A DNA stretch of 64,000 nt from Mobula hypostoma (Eukaryota), in NCBI RefSeq assembly GCF_963921235.1, contig NC_086097.1, positions 84,756,001 through 84,820,000 on the forward strand. The letters run 5' to 3'. Below the pieces are notes generated by a model that saw only the letters and a program-made list of their open reading frames with translations, searched no databases and was not told the DNA's origin. The translations under genes and the position numbers were made by a program. The number at the start of each line of letters is the position of its first letter. Positions within the stretch are counted from its first letter, which is position 1. This document shows positions 26,255 to 39,332 of the stretch, piece after piece.

Positions 26255-27841
26255 AGACAGATTGTCGACCGACCTCTTTTACAAGGCTACCGTTTCCCAC
26301 TGTTATCTTAACTATCAACCCCTCCCCCACCATTTCCCATCCCCTTGTCCCTCTCTCATGTTAACTCCTTGCCCACCCATCTCCTCCCTCTGGTGCTCCC
26401 CCTCCCCTTTTTTCTTTCTTCCATGGCCTTCTGACTCTTTCACCAATCAACTTCCCAGCTTTTTGCTTCATCCCTCCCCCTCCAAGTTTCACCTATCGCT
26501 TGGTGTTTCTCTCTCCCTTCCCCACAACTTTCAAATCTAATCCTCAGTTTTTTTTCCTCCAGTCTTGCCAAAAGGTTTTGGCCCGAAATGCTGCCTGGCC
26601 TGCTGAGTTCCTCCAGCATTTTGTGTGTGTTATCTTAACTGTATCTCTTCCCACCCTGTCTCCTGTAAAAATGGTATTTCCTTTTCTCAGTTCCTTTGTC
26701 TCCACTGCATCCGTTTCTACGATGCAGCTTTCCTTTCCAGGACATCAGAAATTTCCCGTTTCTTGAAAGAACAGGGATTCCCTTCTCCACCATTGATGCT
26801 GCCCTCAACCGTATCTCCATTTCCTGAACATTCGCGCTCACCCCATCTTCCCACCACTTTAACAGTGATAGAGTTCCTCTTGTCCTTACCTACCACCCCA
26901 GGAGCCTCTGCATTCAACACATCATTCTCTGCAACGTCCGCGATCTCCAAAGGGATCCACCAAACATATCTTTACCCCCCCCCCCCACTTCTGGCAGGGA
27001 TTGCTCGCTCTGTAATTTCCTTGTGCATTCGTCCCTCCCTATTAATCTCCCTCCAGGCACATTTCCCTGCAAGTGGCCAAAGTGGTACACTTGTCCGTTC
27101 ATCTGCTCCCTCACAGTCCCAAACAGTCCCTCCAGGTGAGGCAACACTTCAGCTGTGAATCTGCTGGGGTCTTCTATTGTGTCTGGTGCTCCCGATGTGG
27201 CCTCTTCTACACTGGTGAGACCTGTTGTAAAATGAGGGACCGTTCCATCAAGCACCTCTGCTATAACCACTAAGAGTGGATCTTCAGGGTGGCCAAACAT
27301 TTTAATTCTCATTCCCATTCCGGTTCGAACGTGTCAGTCTGTCACCTCCTCTTGTGCCAGAATGAGGCCACCTTCAGGGTGGAGGAGCAACCCCTTATAG
27401 ACCATCTGGGTAGCCTCCAATCTGATGGCATGAATATCGATTTCTCCTTCCAGTAAAAACAATTTTCCCTCCTCATTCCCATCTTCTTCTATTCCACACT
27501 CAGGCCACCTACCTCTTCTCACCTGTCTATCACCTCTCCCTGGGTTCCTTCCTCCCCTTTCTCCAATGGTCCACTCTCCTCTCCTATCAGATTCCTTCCT
27601 CTCCAGCCCTTTAGCTTTCCTACCAACCTGGCTTCAGCTATCTCCTTCTAGCTATCTTCTCCCCCCACCCCACCTTCTTATTCTGTCATCTTCCCCCTTC
27701 CTTTCCAGTCCTGAAGAAGGGTCTCAGTTTGAAACGTTGACTGTTTATTCACTTCATTGATGCTGCCTGACCTGCAGAATTCCTCCAGCATTTTGTATGT
27801 TTTCCTTTGGATTTCCAGCGTTTGCAGAATTTCTCATGTTT
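26255..27841 (+). mobile_element. Penelope-like element (RT C-terminus + GIY-YIG + pseudo-LTR) with a nested second pseudo-LTR at 26314-26627
   Basis: DRLSTDLFYKAT..YLNY / SSHPVSCKNGISFSQFL; GVFYCVWCSRCGLFYTGET (ORF 27073..27273); inner TSD tgttatcttaact at 26301-13 and 26628-40. Confidence 0.88.
27706..27743 (+). ncRNA. Minimal type I hammerhead motif (stem II weakened)
   Basis: cagtc-CTGAAGA-agggtctcagttt-GAAAC-GTT-gactg; stem I cagtc/gactg. Confidence 0.6.
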
Positions 27842-28582
27842 GGGAGTCCTTATGCAGGGCAGGACTCCCTAAAAGTTAACTTGCAGATTGAGTTTGTGTT
27901 AAGGAAGGCAAATGAATGTTAGCATTCATTTCAAGAGGACTAGAGTATAAGAGTAACGATGTCTTGCTGAGCCCTTATAAGCATTGGTCAGATCGGACTT
28001 AAGAGTATTGTGAGCAGTTTTGGGCCCTTATCTAAGAAGGGATGTGCTGGTATTGGAGAGGGTCCAGAGGAGGTTCACAGGAATTATTCTCAGAATGAAA
28101 GCGTTAACATATGAGGAATATTTGATGGCTTTGAGGCTGTACTTGCTGGGGCTTACGACGAGTGGGATCTCTGAAACTTAGCAAATGTTGAAAGGCCTAG
28201 ATAGAGTGGATGTGGAGAGGATGTTTCCTATCATGGGGGCGTTTAGAACCAGAGGGCACAGCCTCAGAACAGAAGGACGTCGCTTTAGAACAGAGATGAG
28301 GAGGAATTTCTTTTGCCCGAGGGCAGTGAATCATTGGAGTCATGGCAATGGAGGTTGATTCACTGAGTATATTTAAAACAGAGGTTGATAGATTCAGGGT
28401 GTCAAAGGCCATGGGAAGAAGACAGGAGAATGGGATTAAGAGGGGGAGAATAAATCAGCCATGATGGAATGGTGGAGCAGACTTGATGGGCCGAGTGGCC
28501 TAATTCAGCTCTTATGTCTTATGATCTAAATAATCTTGAATTAAACTTTACCTTTCTGACTTATGTATGTGTGCGCTTATCT

Positions 28583-28878
28583 ATTTATTTTGTGATACAA
28601 CATAGAGTCGGCCTTTCTAGCCCGTTGAGCCACGCTGCCCCAGCAACCCCACGGTCCTGACTAACCCTAACCTGATCACAGGACAATTTACAATGACCAG
28701 TTAACCTGCCCGTCTTTGGACCGTGGCAGGAAACCGGAACACCTGAGGAAAGCCCTTGCATTCCACGGGGAGGGCGTGCAGAGACTCCCGACAGAACGGA
28801 GCTAGAATTGAACTCTGCGCTCCGGAACGCCCAGGGCTGTACTAACTTTGCACTAACCACGACACTACCGTGGTGCCC
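28583..28878 (-). mobile_element. Full-length V-SINE (tRNA head, V domain, CR1-like tail)
   Basis: Minus strand gggcaccacggtagtgtcgtggttag...gagttcaattc...tttcctcaggtgttccggtttcctgccac...A-rich tail. Confidence 0.8.
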
Positions 28879-29749
28879 AACGTATTATAATGAGAGGAAG
28901 ATCATGCTCAAATAACTGGTGATGGCAGAGTGTAACGTATATTTACCCCAGTCTAATCTCTTGAATATTTAATATTCCAAATATCCGTCTCCAAACCAGG
29001 ATTTCCAAATCTAGAAATTCGCACTCTAAGTAAAGGGTTGTTGCGGTATAAACGCAAAAACCAATGTTTAAGGAGAAATTGATACAAATGTTGGCCAATG
29101 TTGCCTGCAAAAGTTAGACACTACGTCAAGCAATTTTGATAGGAGCTCTGGAAAACACCCAGACCCTGAGGGGCACATTACAACCTGTTATGCACCAATG
29201 CAAAGTCTGTTTAGAATTTAAGCAACTGTTTGATGCAGCTACTACATAATCTTCAAATGCGACGACTTCACCATGCATGAGAGAATAAAGTATTTATTTT
29301 TTATACCTTGTTTTTGATGCTAAGTTTTAAATAACTCGGTCATTAAACATTAGCACATGAGAGGCAGGTGCCCTTTCCAATGAAGATAAAGAAAGAATCG
29401 AGCTCTCCCTCCACCCCCACCCCCCCCCCCAAGGCACCCCACTTCAGCCTGATGTGCTTCCTATATATGAGAGAAAATCTGAAATACTGGGGCTGCGAGG
29501 GACTCTGACACGGTCTGGGAAGTAGCTCTCAGCAAGCAGACGGCGTGGTCCTGGGGTGTTACACCGAGACTGCACAGCGCCAGCCGGCAGGTGTCACCAT
29601 GCCACACTGAGCCAATGCTTTGTATCAGCAATACGACAACGGCGTATCACCTCGATCGGAAACGTTAACTCTTGCTTCTCTCTGCCCAGATGCTGCCTGG
29701 CCTGCTGAGTATTTTCTTGTATTTACTCCCCAAAAAGATTTCAGATCTC

Positions 29750-30100
29750 CGGCGACTTTTGCATGTTGCACTGCACCTGTCACCCGAGGCTCAGCTCCGG
29801 CGCCTGGAAGGAGTCGCCGCTGGCGTCCGGGAGAGGGAGTGGGCAGAAGGAGAGCTGGGGCAGGCGGTCCCCATTAAAGAGGCGGTCTCCAGCGGCAGAG
29901 CCTGTGTTTCGAGGCTGCCTGGGGTTGTTAGTAAACCCCCCCCACACCGCCCCCAACCCTGAGCTTGTGTCAGTGTCGTGCCAGCTGACAGCCTGACGTC
30001 AAGGCAGGCAGCACAGGCTGAGAGAGGCTCTGCTGTGGCTGACACATCGCTCTCTCTCTCTCGCTCTCTGTGCTGTAGTAAAATTCCGCTCATTCTGGAG
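29750..30100 (+). promoter_or_regulatory. SLC8A3: Putative SLC8A3 promoter (GC/CpG-rich) with a perfect CRE
   Basis: Local CpG enrichment, GC box-like ccgcccc (~29947), TGACGTCA at 29994-30001, (CT)n tract; ~3 kb upstream of the coding exon. Confidence 0.7.
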
Positions 30101-30449
30101 GCTCAAGCTATCTACACACACCACCCTCCTGACTCCCTCCCCAGCCCCCTCCCTTAACCTTTCACTGCAGCCAGTTTCCTGAGCGAGTCGTCGCCTCCTC
30201 CACCTCTGCCAACCAGCAGGAGGCTGACACCTGAATGGAGTTCTTCAGCCGGCACATCTCCAGTCGCACATTTCCAGCGGCAGCGGCAACACCGGCCGCT
30301 TTGTAGCAGTCCGGGTAACTTGGTGTGCCACGCACAGAATCCTTGTACATCTCGCAGCTTGATCCCAGAGGACACGATGTACAGTATTCAGCATCCAATG
30401 TATACATGTTAAGCTCTTTGTATGTGCGCGCGGAGGGAAGGAACAGCAG
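30040..30449 (+). other. SLC8A3: Putative non-coding exon 1 of SLC8A3 (5' end uncertain)
   Basis: GC-rich unique sequence ending at donor CAG|GTAACA (GT at 30450-51); mammalian SLC8A genes have a non-coding first exon. Confidence 0.55.
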
Positions 30450-30699
30450 GTAACACATCTTTTATATACATATGTTGCAACGATTTTATTTAAAGGCACT
30501 ACGTGGATTATATAACACGATCTGGGAGCGCAATGTGTTTTTAACCCCAGCCGTATTTGACGCTTGGGTCGCTTTAAGAGCGCAGAATTGATGCCAATCG
30601 TTTTTTAAAATAATTTATGGAAAAACACCTGTTTTTTCCAGAAGGCTGATTAAAAATAAGCTTTCTTCGTTGATGAGACACCTATTTTTCCACCCCCCC

Positions 30700-30702
<3 letters not shown>

Positions 30703-30746
<44 letters not shown>
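30703..30746. repeat. (CA)n microsatellite
   Basis: Pure AC run. Confidence 0.97.
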
Positions 30747-30750
<4 letters not shown>

Positions 30751-33107
30751 CCATTCCCCCTCAATCCTGGTTTTGTTTGGCTTGCAAAATCTTTCGCTTT
30801 TCCGATTGGTCACAGTGTTTTTTTTAATAAGACCCCGACCCTATCTCTCACCCCCTCTACCCTCTCCCAACTGCATTTAATGCAAATTGGGGAACCTGCC
30901 TTGCTTGGAGCCACACACATACAAATAACTATTGTACTTCGCAAATCAGTGGGTTTCTGCATAACATTTGCTCTGCAGTAGTGCTGGGATTGATTAAGCG
31001 GTTGATGTACGTTATGTGTGTGGGTATTTATACTCATTGCATTCCGGGTGCACCTTGACAGGCTGACAGCTGTCGCGTTCATTCATTTCTGCTGAGCCCT
31101 TGTTTACCTCGGTCAAATTTAGCGACTGCGCCACGGTCTTCCCTAAATAGGGCAAGCACTTGCCTTCGGGAAGGGAGGCGGTTCGAGGACGCCGAGGGGG
31201 CTGCTTGGGGACTGCGTACCCTCCTCCGGCCAAGACGGCAGGAACTGCGGCCACAACCCGCTGACAACACTCGACAGGCGCCCGGGCAGCCCGTACCTTC
31301 TTGCTGACCATCACCAAAGTAAACGGGAATCCTCCAGGAAGCCCCAGCAGTGGCACACGTTGTTGTCGTGTGTACGCGACCGTCTGAATCCAAAGTTGCC
31401 CACGGGCCATGTGCGTCTCTTGCTGTTAGTTAATGAAGCTCATGTCCGGGGCGTTTTACTTCACTGTTTACAGAGCAGCATCCAGCCCATTCCAAAGCGG
31501 CTCCTCGCCTGCGACATTCCGGCTCGTCTCAGCCTCATCTTTAAGTTATTTTTTTAAATGATTCTGATTTCCTGCTATTCGCCCCTTAAAATCTAATTTT
31601 CAATTTGTGAAACGTCGACCGTCCGTTCCCCTCCTTAGATGCTGCCTGACCTGCAGCGATCTTCCAATGTTTTGTGTGTTGTTTTAGTTTGTGGTTTTTG
31701 ACAAGGAATCAACTGGTGATTAAGGTCTTTGACTATTAGTGCCCCCTCCCCCCAGATCTAGTTAGTTGCAGCCTGGGCGAGTGATGCTATATGGCGCAGT
31801 CAGTCCCCCTTGCCTTCATCCCATTCCCGCAACTATGGTTGCTCTAAACAGTCATGCCTCGGATGGCTTTTGCACGGTGCGTGGATTCCTCTGCGTGAGG
31901 GTGAGCACCTGTCACAGCTGACCACTCTATGTGATCTCGAGTTGTAAATCTGATGCGTAAACAAGACCTCCTAGTTCTGACTTGTGGATAAGAAATCATA
32001 GTTATAATGAGTTTGACATAATATTTTGTAATGAAGGCATTGCTGGTCATCGTAAGTTACCCATGAGACGGTGCTGTTGAGCTGCTACATGAAGTGTCTG
32101 AGTTGATGGGGCAGGAACAGCGCTGTTCGGGGTGTGTGTGTGCTTCCTGGAATCTGACCTGCCAACACTGACGGACAGTTTGTAAGTTGGTACGATGGTG
32201 CTCCCAGCACCTGTTGCCCATGTTTTTTTGGAAGTGGCTCTGTGGAAGCGGGCGCTGCGGCTCAGGTGGGAGGAGTGAGTGTTCAGCACCTCCAGTGTGA
32301 GCATCCTTACAACTAACCCCTTGGCCGAAGGTGAATTCCCAGTCCAGTCATGCTAGCTTCTGCTGCTGTTCCCAGGTTCCCTTGTAACTGCTGAAGAACT
32401 CAGACTTTACCTGGTTAAGAGAATATCTCTGGCCCCTTGCTACTGATGGGTTCAAAAATTTAAGGCACATGGAGGTCCATTGACCTGACTAGGGAATGGA
32501 TGTCTCTGTTTGTCTCATTGCAGTTACATTTTTACATTTTGAAAAGTTGTGGTTGGGATCGGTTTGGAATTCTGCTCATTTGCTTAGGTAACAGGTCGGG
32601 CACCATACAGAATAACAGAGCAAATCTGAAAGGCCAATGCCTAATCTTAGTCTAAATTTCTTAAATAATTACATTCCCCCCAGTTTCTATTCAGGTTACT
32701 TTGATAGTCCTAAAGTGATTGAGCCTGATGTTTTACTGCTTATGCATGAGAGGTACCTGACCTCTTTTTGGTCCAGTGGGTGAAATCGCATGCTCATAAT
32801 GTCATGGTTCCACTTCCTGCCACACGGTGTGTGAGAGTCCCAAGGTACCATGTCCCACAGCCCAGCCAGTGGCCTGTGGAGTGTTATTGCACATCTCCTT
32901 GCTAAGTCCTGTTGTATCAAATTTTGTGAAAAGGGAAATGAAAAGCTGATTGTGGAGAGCATCTCCTGTCTTGAAAGCTGCAGCTATGCTCTGCTGGCTA
33001 ACACCGGCATTTTCTTTTTGAAATGTTTTTCAGATACGACAGTGGAGACCCTCCAGCTCTGAAAATTGATTTGATTTACGGGGGACGTCGAGAGTGAACC
33101 TGTTTGC

Positions 33108-34870
33108 ATGGCGTGGTTTGGATTGCAGACATTCATGTCATTTTGCCTCGTGGGCTTTGTATCAGTAATGTTGTTAATGCACCCACCTTCTGTGGATGCA
33201 GAAACACCTGGACCTGCAAGTTCTCCAAAGCAAAACAGCTCCTGCATGGGCAACTATGAATGTAAGCAGGGAGTTATTTTGCCAATATGGTACCCAGAAG
33301 ATCCATCCCTTGGAGATAAAATTGCCAGAGTTATTGTTTACTTTGTGGCAATGATCTACATGTTTTTGGGAGTCTCCATTGTAGCAGACCGCTTTATGGC
33401 ATCTATAGAAGTGATTACCTCGCAGGAAAAAGAAATTACCATCAACAAACCCAATGGAGAGACAAACACGACGATGGTACGAGTTTGGAATGACACTGTG
33501 TCCAACTTAACGCTTATGGCTTTGGGATCATCTGCTCCAGAAATCATGCTCTCACTGGTTGAAGTTTGTGGCCATGGGTTTGAATCTGGTGAGCTTGGTC
33601 CTGGTACCATTGTGGGCAGTGCAGCTTTTAATATGTTTGTCATTATTGCCATCTGCGTATATTCCATTCCTGATGGCGAGACCAGGAAGATCAAACACCT
33701 ACGTGTTTTTTTTGTCACAGCCGCTTGGAGCATTTTTGCCTACATCTGGCTGTACATGATCCTTGCCGTCTTTTCACCCGGCATTGTACAGGTGTGGGAA
33801 GGGTTGGTCACCTTTTTGTTCTTCCCCATCTGCGTCCTACTCGCCTGGATCGCTGACCGCAGACTCCTTTTCTACAAGTATGTGCGGAAGAAGTATCGCA
33901 CCAACAAGAACCGGGGCCTCATCATCGAGACCGAAGGTGAACATCCCAAAGGTATCGAGATGGACGGCAAGCTAGTGAACTCTCACTTCATGGATGGGAC
34001 ACTGGCAGCCTTGGATGGGAAAGAAGTGGACGAATCCCGCAAAGAGATGATCCGCATCCTTAAAGAACTGAAGCAAAAGCACCCTGAGAAAGAACTCGAT
34101 CAGCTGGTGGAAATGGCGAACTACTATGCTCTTTCCCACCAGCAGAAAAGCAGGGCCTTCTATCGAATCCAAGCCACCAGGATGATGACTGGCGCAGGCA
34201 ATATCCTGAAGAAGCACGTGTCCGAGCAAGCCAAAAGAAGCATGAGCATCCTTGAGGTGAGGCCGGACACTCCTGAAGATCTTTGCTCCCGCATTTTCTT
34301 TGAGCCATCTGCTTACCAGTGCCTGGAGAACTGTGGTGCGGTGTCACTGACTGTGATCCGCAAAGGCGGGGACATCTCCAACACGGTGACCGTGGACTAC
34401 AAGACGGAGGATGGCTCGGCCAACGCCGGTGCAGACTATGAGTTTAGCGAAGGAACCCTGGTCTTCAAGGCAGGTGAAACACAGAAAGAAATCACCGTTG
34501 GCATCATCGATGATGACATCTTTGAGGAAGACGAGCATTTCTTTGTGCGGCTTAACAACCTCAGAGTGATGGAACTGGAAGATGCGCTGGAGCCAAACAG
34601 CGTGCCGTACCCGAAAGCTTTGATCGTTTCCCCACTTGTTGCCACTGTGACTATTCTAGATGATGACCACGCAGGTATCTTTACATTTGAAAGCGATGTT
34701 GTCCATGTCAGTGAGAGTATCGGAGTGATGGAAGTGAAAGTGCTGAGAACGTCTGGGGCACGTGGGACAGTCATCGTTCCCTTTCGGACGATAGAAGGAA
34801 CGGCAAAAGGGGGTGGCGAGGACTTTGAAGACACCTATGGGGAGCTGGAGTTTAGAAACGATGAGACTCT
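33108..34870 (+). CDS. SLC8A3: Sodium/calcium exchanger 3 (NCX3), first coding exon (exon 33034-34870); the CDS continues beyond the window
   Basis: Signal peptide MAW..., alpha-1 repeat (GSSAPE, GSAAFN), XIP RRLLFYKYVRKKYRT, CBD1 (IIDDDIFEEDE, TILDDD), start of CBD2; NCX3-typical HPKGIEMDGK and MANYYALSHQQ; acceptor ttttcag at 33033; phase-2 donor CT|GTAAGT at 34871. Confidence 0.96.
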
Positions 34871-37800
34871 GTAAGTAGAATTCCTATCCCACATCTCTGA
34901 ATGTCTTGTTTTCTGTACTATTGGAAAACTAACTAGTAATACCTGTTTTGTTTAAAATTACAGCAGCAATTAAAGGAAGTTGGTGTTGAGCAGAACCATG
35001 GCTGTTTAATTTGGGAAAACATTTGTAAATATGTTTTCTTTGCACATCATTTTAACCCTTCAGTACACTCACAAAGTTAAAAAAAATGCAACTTACTCCT
35101 GGACTTGAGCGCATGGGTATTGTTTGAAGATGTCATTAATTCCACAATGCCTTATTGCTTTGGCTGACCATAGTAAAATACCTAAAAATGGACAAAACAC
35201 ACATAAGTGTTACTGTGATTGGATATTAAACAGACTTGGGCATTTCTTGACGACTGTGACTCTGCTGAGATACACATCGTGTAATGAAAGCAGCATATAC
35301 AAAAAGTCAAATCTTGCTGAAGTTTTTGTACATTGTTAATCTGATAGGCTTTTCCAGAGAGTGGGTTATATTACAATTAAACTACATACCAGAGTGCAGC
35401 CTTCCCTTATGACAAATCTTACAATAACCAGATCTCTTCCTAGACCCCTGCACTGAGATCCACAATTGTCAGGCTGCCCTTTTAAGGCAAGGAAGCAATT
35501 TTCTATGAGGAATCAGGCTCTCAATGTGCAGTACCTGTTTTTTTTTAAAGTTCCTTTTTAGTTATTTTTGTGATACTTTATCAATTAGTCAAAACAATCA
35601 TTTTAGAAAGTAAAAAAAATCGTGAGTATTGACATTGTCGTGTATCAGTTGCAGCACACTATTGTAATCCCTCCTTATTGGCATGGAGTTTTCCCGGGGG
35701 AGTACCATGGTGTTTTTTATCTAGATAGATGGATACAAGTGAAATGTTACTGGAGCTTGCTATTTTAATGTTCAGGTTAATTGTACCTTTAATAACCGTA
35801 TCCCTGATTAAAACCAGTTGAAAACTCCAAGATAATTTCCTGTTGTTTGAAGAGTCCATTGCCTCCAAATGTGGCTGCCCCTCATGTCACCAAGACAAGC
35901 TTCTGCAGCTTCCTCCCACACTGGCACCTGTTGGCACATTAATCCAGCACTAATCAGTTTTACTTGCAGCAACCAGGATTTCACAGAAGTCTGACCCAAC
36001 TGTCCCAGTTGTTACTGCTGCAGTTGCTGCAGAACACAAGACTGTAAAATCAGTTGTCTAAATGCAAATTGCTTACAACTGTTCACACTTGAGTGGCTTC
36101 AATTGACTGCTGATCAAGGAAGATCAAAGCGGTAAAAAGAAGCAAATTTAGAAAGTAGAAACAAGAGTGTCAAATTTGTAAATTAGAGGATGGCTCATCT
36201 CCAATCCACCTGCTCTTTTGGGTGCTGAGTGACAAATTCCGCCTGACTGCCTGGGTCTGTGAGAGATTATGGTCTGTGTTTATGCTGACATGTTTGCACA
36301 GAAACCTGTGTGCAACGTCACCCTGGCACTTTGCTGACTGCATCCCAAGCTAAAATTGTGCGGATCATCATTAACTACAGGTTCAATAGTGATACTTTTG
36401 ATCAAGAAATCAAAGAACTGGAATAAAATTCTTCTTGGATTGAAAAATAAGGAATTAAATATTAAAGGTACAAGCATCATCTTTGGTTTATCGCAAGTTC
36501 CTCTTGGACTTAGTTAAGCAAATTTGTGGATTAAATGATGTTGTTTCGCTTGATGGGTGATGATGTTAGTGTCAGCCATTAAAAAGGCTCCCAGGATAGT
36601 GATGTGAACTACCTCTTGTTTGGCAGTGTATCTGTTCTGTTGATGCTGGCAAGGGCATTCTGCACTGTTTCTTCCCAGCATTATTGCTGTTCACTAGAGT
36701 CACAGGACCAGGAGAATGCTAGAGTAATTTAAGAATTTGTAAGTAGAGCTGAACTCAGAACATGCGTTTAAATGGACCGGCTGGTTTCTGCCATGTGGAA
36801 TGTGCAAATTCAGCCGAGTTCAGTGCCTTGCAACCCACCTCTCGCAAGGTTGGTTTAAAAGCTGGTGTGTTGAAGTGATCTGTCTAATTTGCTCCAGAAA
36901 AAAATAAGGTGGTTGGAGTTAGATTTTTATTCTAAATTTCCAACCTCCCTTTACTCCCTTTAAAAATGATTGTAGTGTTCTCAGGAACATTATTTTTTTT
37001 TAATAAGGATTTTATCCATAAGTAGTTTCTGCTGAAATAGATGCTGAACCAATAGATGAATTTATTCAAAAATTATCTAGTTATTGTCCTCTGAATGGAT
37101 ACAGTTTAGTAATGAGTATTGGAAGTATTTGATTTTCATAATCATAATTATCCCTTTTTGAAAGGACAACATTGGACAGGCTCGTGCATTGTGTGTGTAT
37201 TAAAGAGTGAACTATGCAATGTGCCTTAAAGTGGACTGGTCTAATAAGTAAATTGATTGGCTGTGTGTTTCTCTTGCAGCAACACTGGATGTTATTGGTT
37301 GTACCATCAAATTGTTACAACCGTCAAATCGCTGTTATGTAGATCTGCAGTGATATACTGTATGTAGTCCCTAGACTGATTCTGTGGTCTGTTTATAAAA
37401 AGTCTGGAAGTAGCCAATTTTGTTTTATTTTGTTATGTGAGTAAATGTTATAGAACAGTGTCATCTGTGGTATCTTGCATCAGGACAACAAGCTGATTCT
37501 GTGTAAATTTATTTTCAACACAGCAAGTAGGAGCATTTGGTTTAAAGGTGTATGCAACCACTGACTGTGTATCTTGAACTGAAGCTGTCATTGGGAGATT
37601 TGTAAGATTAAAAAAAATATATATCCACAGGTTACTGAATGTTCAGTGTTTTTATTTATAGTACAGATCTTCAGTTCATGATGTCTGTACATTCTGTGCT
37701 GTTTCAGTGGGTATTGCATGGCTTTTGAAAGGTGTAAAGGCCAAATTTTGTAAATAAACAACGGAGGATAATATAGCTTTTTATCGCTTTTGTAACTTTG

Positions 37801-39332
37801 AGTATGCGTTGTCCTTTTAGGAGACCATTCTGCCCATTGACTGTGTTCTGGCTCCTAGAGTACATTCGATGACTCCATTCCCAAACTTATTTCCTTTAAG
37901 CCTATCCATTCCCACATCCCCATCAACTCCCCTTGATCCTCCATCAGTCCATCTGGCCTAACTTACAGTGGTCAGTTCATCTACCCATTAGCAAGTGCTT
38001 GGGATGTGAGCACTCAGAGGAGACCATGCAGACTGTACCTGAGGTCAGGATTGCTGGAGCAGGAACTCTGTAATGCTATTTACCCTGCTACTGTGCTATC
38101 CAAATGGTTTGAGACTTTTTTTTCTTTTAACACAAAAGCAGATGTTGTAAATACTAGAGATGCAGAATAAAAACTCTGAACATATTGAATAGGCTGTTCG
38201 GCAGCTTGCATCATGGGAGAGATGGTTTTAATTTATCCAATCATTGATCTTCCAGCTAATCTGGTCCTGCTGTAAATTCATCAATCCCAACACTAAGCCT
38301 GTTTTATCTCGCCAGGAATGTTGTTCTCTGCTCAGTACCTGAAGCTTCTTTTAATTGTATAAGATTTCCAGCATTTTCTTCATGAAACTAATTACAAACT
38401 AGAGACATCCAAGTTACAAGATCTATATCATCACCATAACTTTTTGCTGGCTGTCCAGAACAGAACATAGGGATCTAAATTTAATTTTGGCAGCGTTCAA
38501 TAGGATAATGATCCTTCTGTCAAAACAAACTTTTAAAAGTCTTCATCCATAAACACAGCAACAACCTTCCCTAACAAGCTCCCTGGATGCTGTGCACTAA
38601 GACTGCTGAAGGAAGTACTTTTTTTAAGGAGCAAACTGTGATCCGCTTTAGCGCTGTGCCAAGTAAAATGGTGCCGACATGCATACAACTTCTAGCAGTC
38701 AATCCAGTTGTGAACAGCAGAGCTGATTAAAGCAACCAGAGAGCCTGTTAAAGGAAAATTCTTAGATTGTGACTTTAACACAACTCTTGGCCGTGGAATA
38801 CTCTCAATCCAAGATATGACAGCCACGCAAGATTAGAATAGTGGCTTAATCAGCTGATTGGATGAGCCAGGAAGACTAGTTGTGATATACTGTTTCTTGC
38901 TTGCTGAAGGTTTTAAATTGAAGAGTGTCCTTTATTAACGAGCCAAACCATAGTTCCTCACCACAAGATCTAGAATATTTCCAGGGCTCTTTGCTGGATT
39001 TACAGTGGTTTAGAATTGGCCACTAGGCTGACAAAGAGTTGGTCAAGGCCTTCAGTCCAATGTTCTCTGCTTGGAAGTACACGCGTGACCAAATAGTAAC
39101 TGCAGGCTCTGGGTTTTCTGCAACTGGCCTAACAAGACTCCTCAGCTGGTTTTGGATATGAAACTGACTACTTGGCCTAGAATCCTGAAGGGAGCTGCCA
39201 TCTGTGAAATGGTATCTCAGCCAAAGTCTGGAATATAATTCTGTGGCGACCACTCATGGTTTTTGATGATATGTATAAGTATGGGGTAGAGACACTTAGA
39301 GAGATTATGTTCCATAAAGTAAATACTATAGC

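Larger units (their letters stand above)
25285..28527 (+). mobile_element. CR1 LINE (RT region + 3' end), interrupted by a Penelope element
   Basis: KSPGPDELHP, LDFQKAFDKVPHMRLL, GVPQ, KFEDDT; resumes ~27843; tail cttatgtcttatg. Confidence 0.85.

Noticed and set aside
31012..31560. ORFs in the GC-rich part of intron 1
   Set aside because: No protein similarity recognised; more likely a CpG-island extension or an alternative first exon, which the sequence alone cannot confirm
32282..32302. REST/RE1-like site TTCAGCACC
   Set aside because: Only the left half-site is present; the GGACAG half is absent
34871..34874. Stop codon ending the 588-aa ORF, suggesting a truncated NCX3
   Set aside because: The TAA lies within the GTAAGT splice donor; the ORF simply reads into the intron
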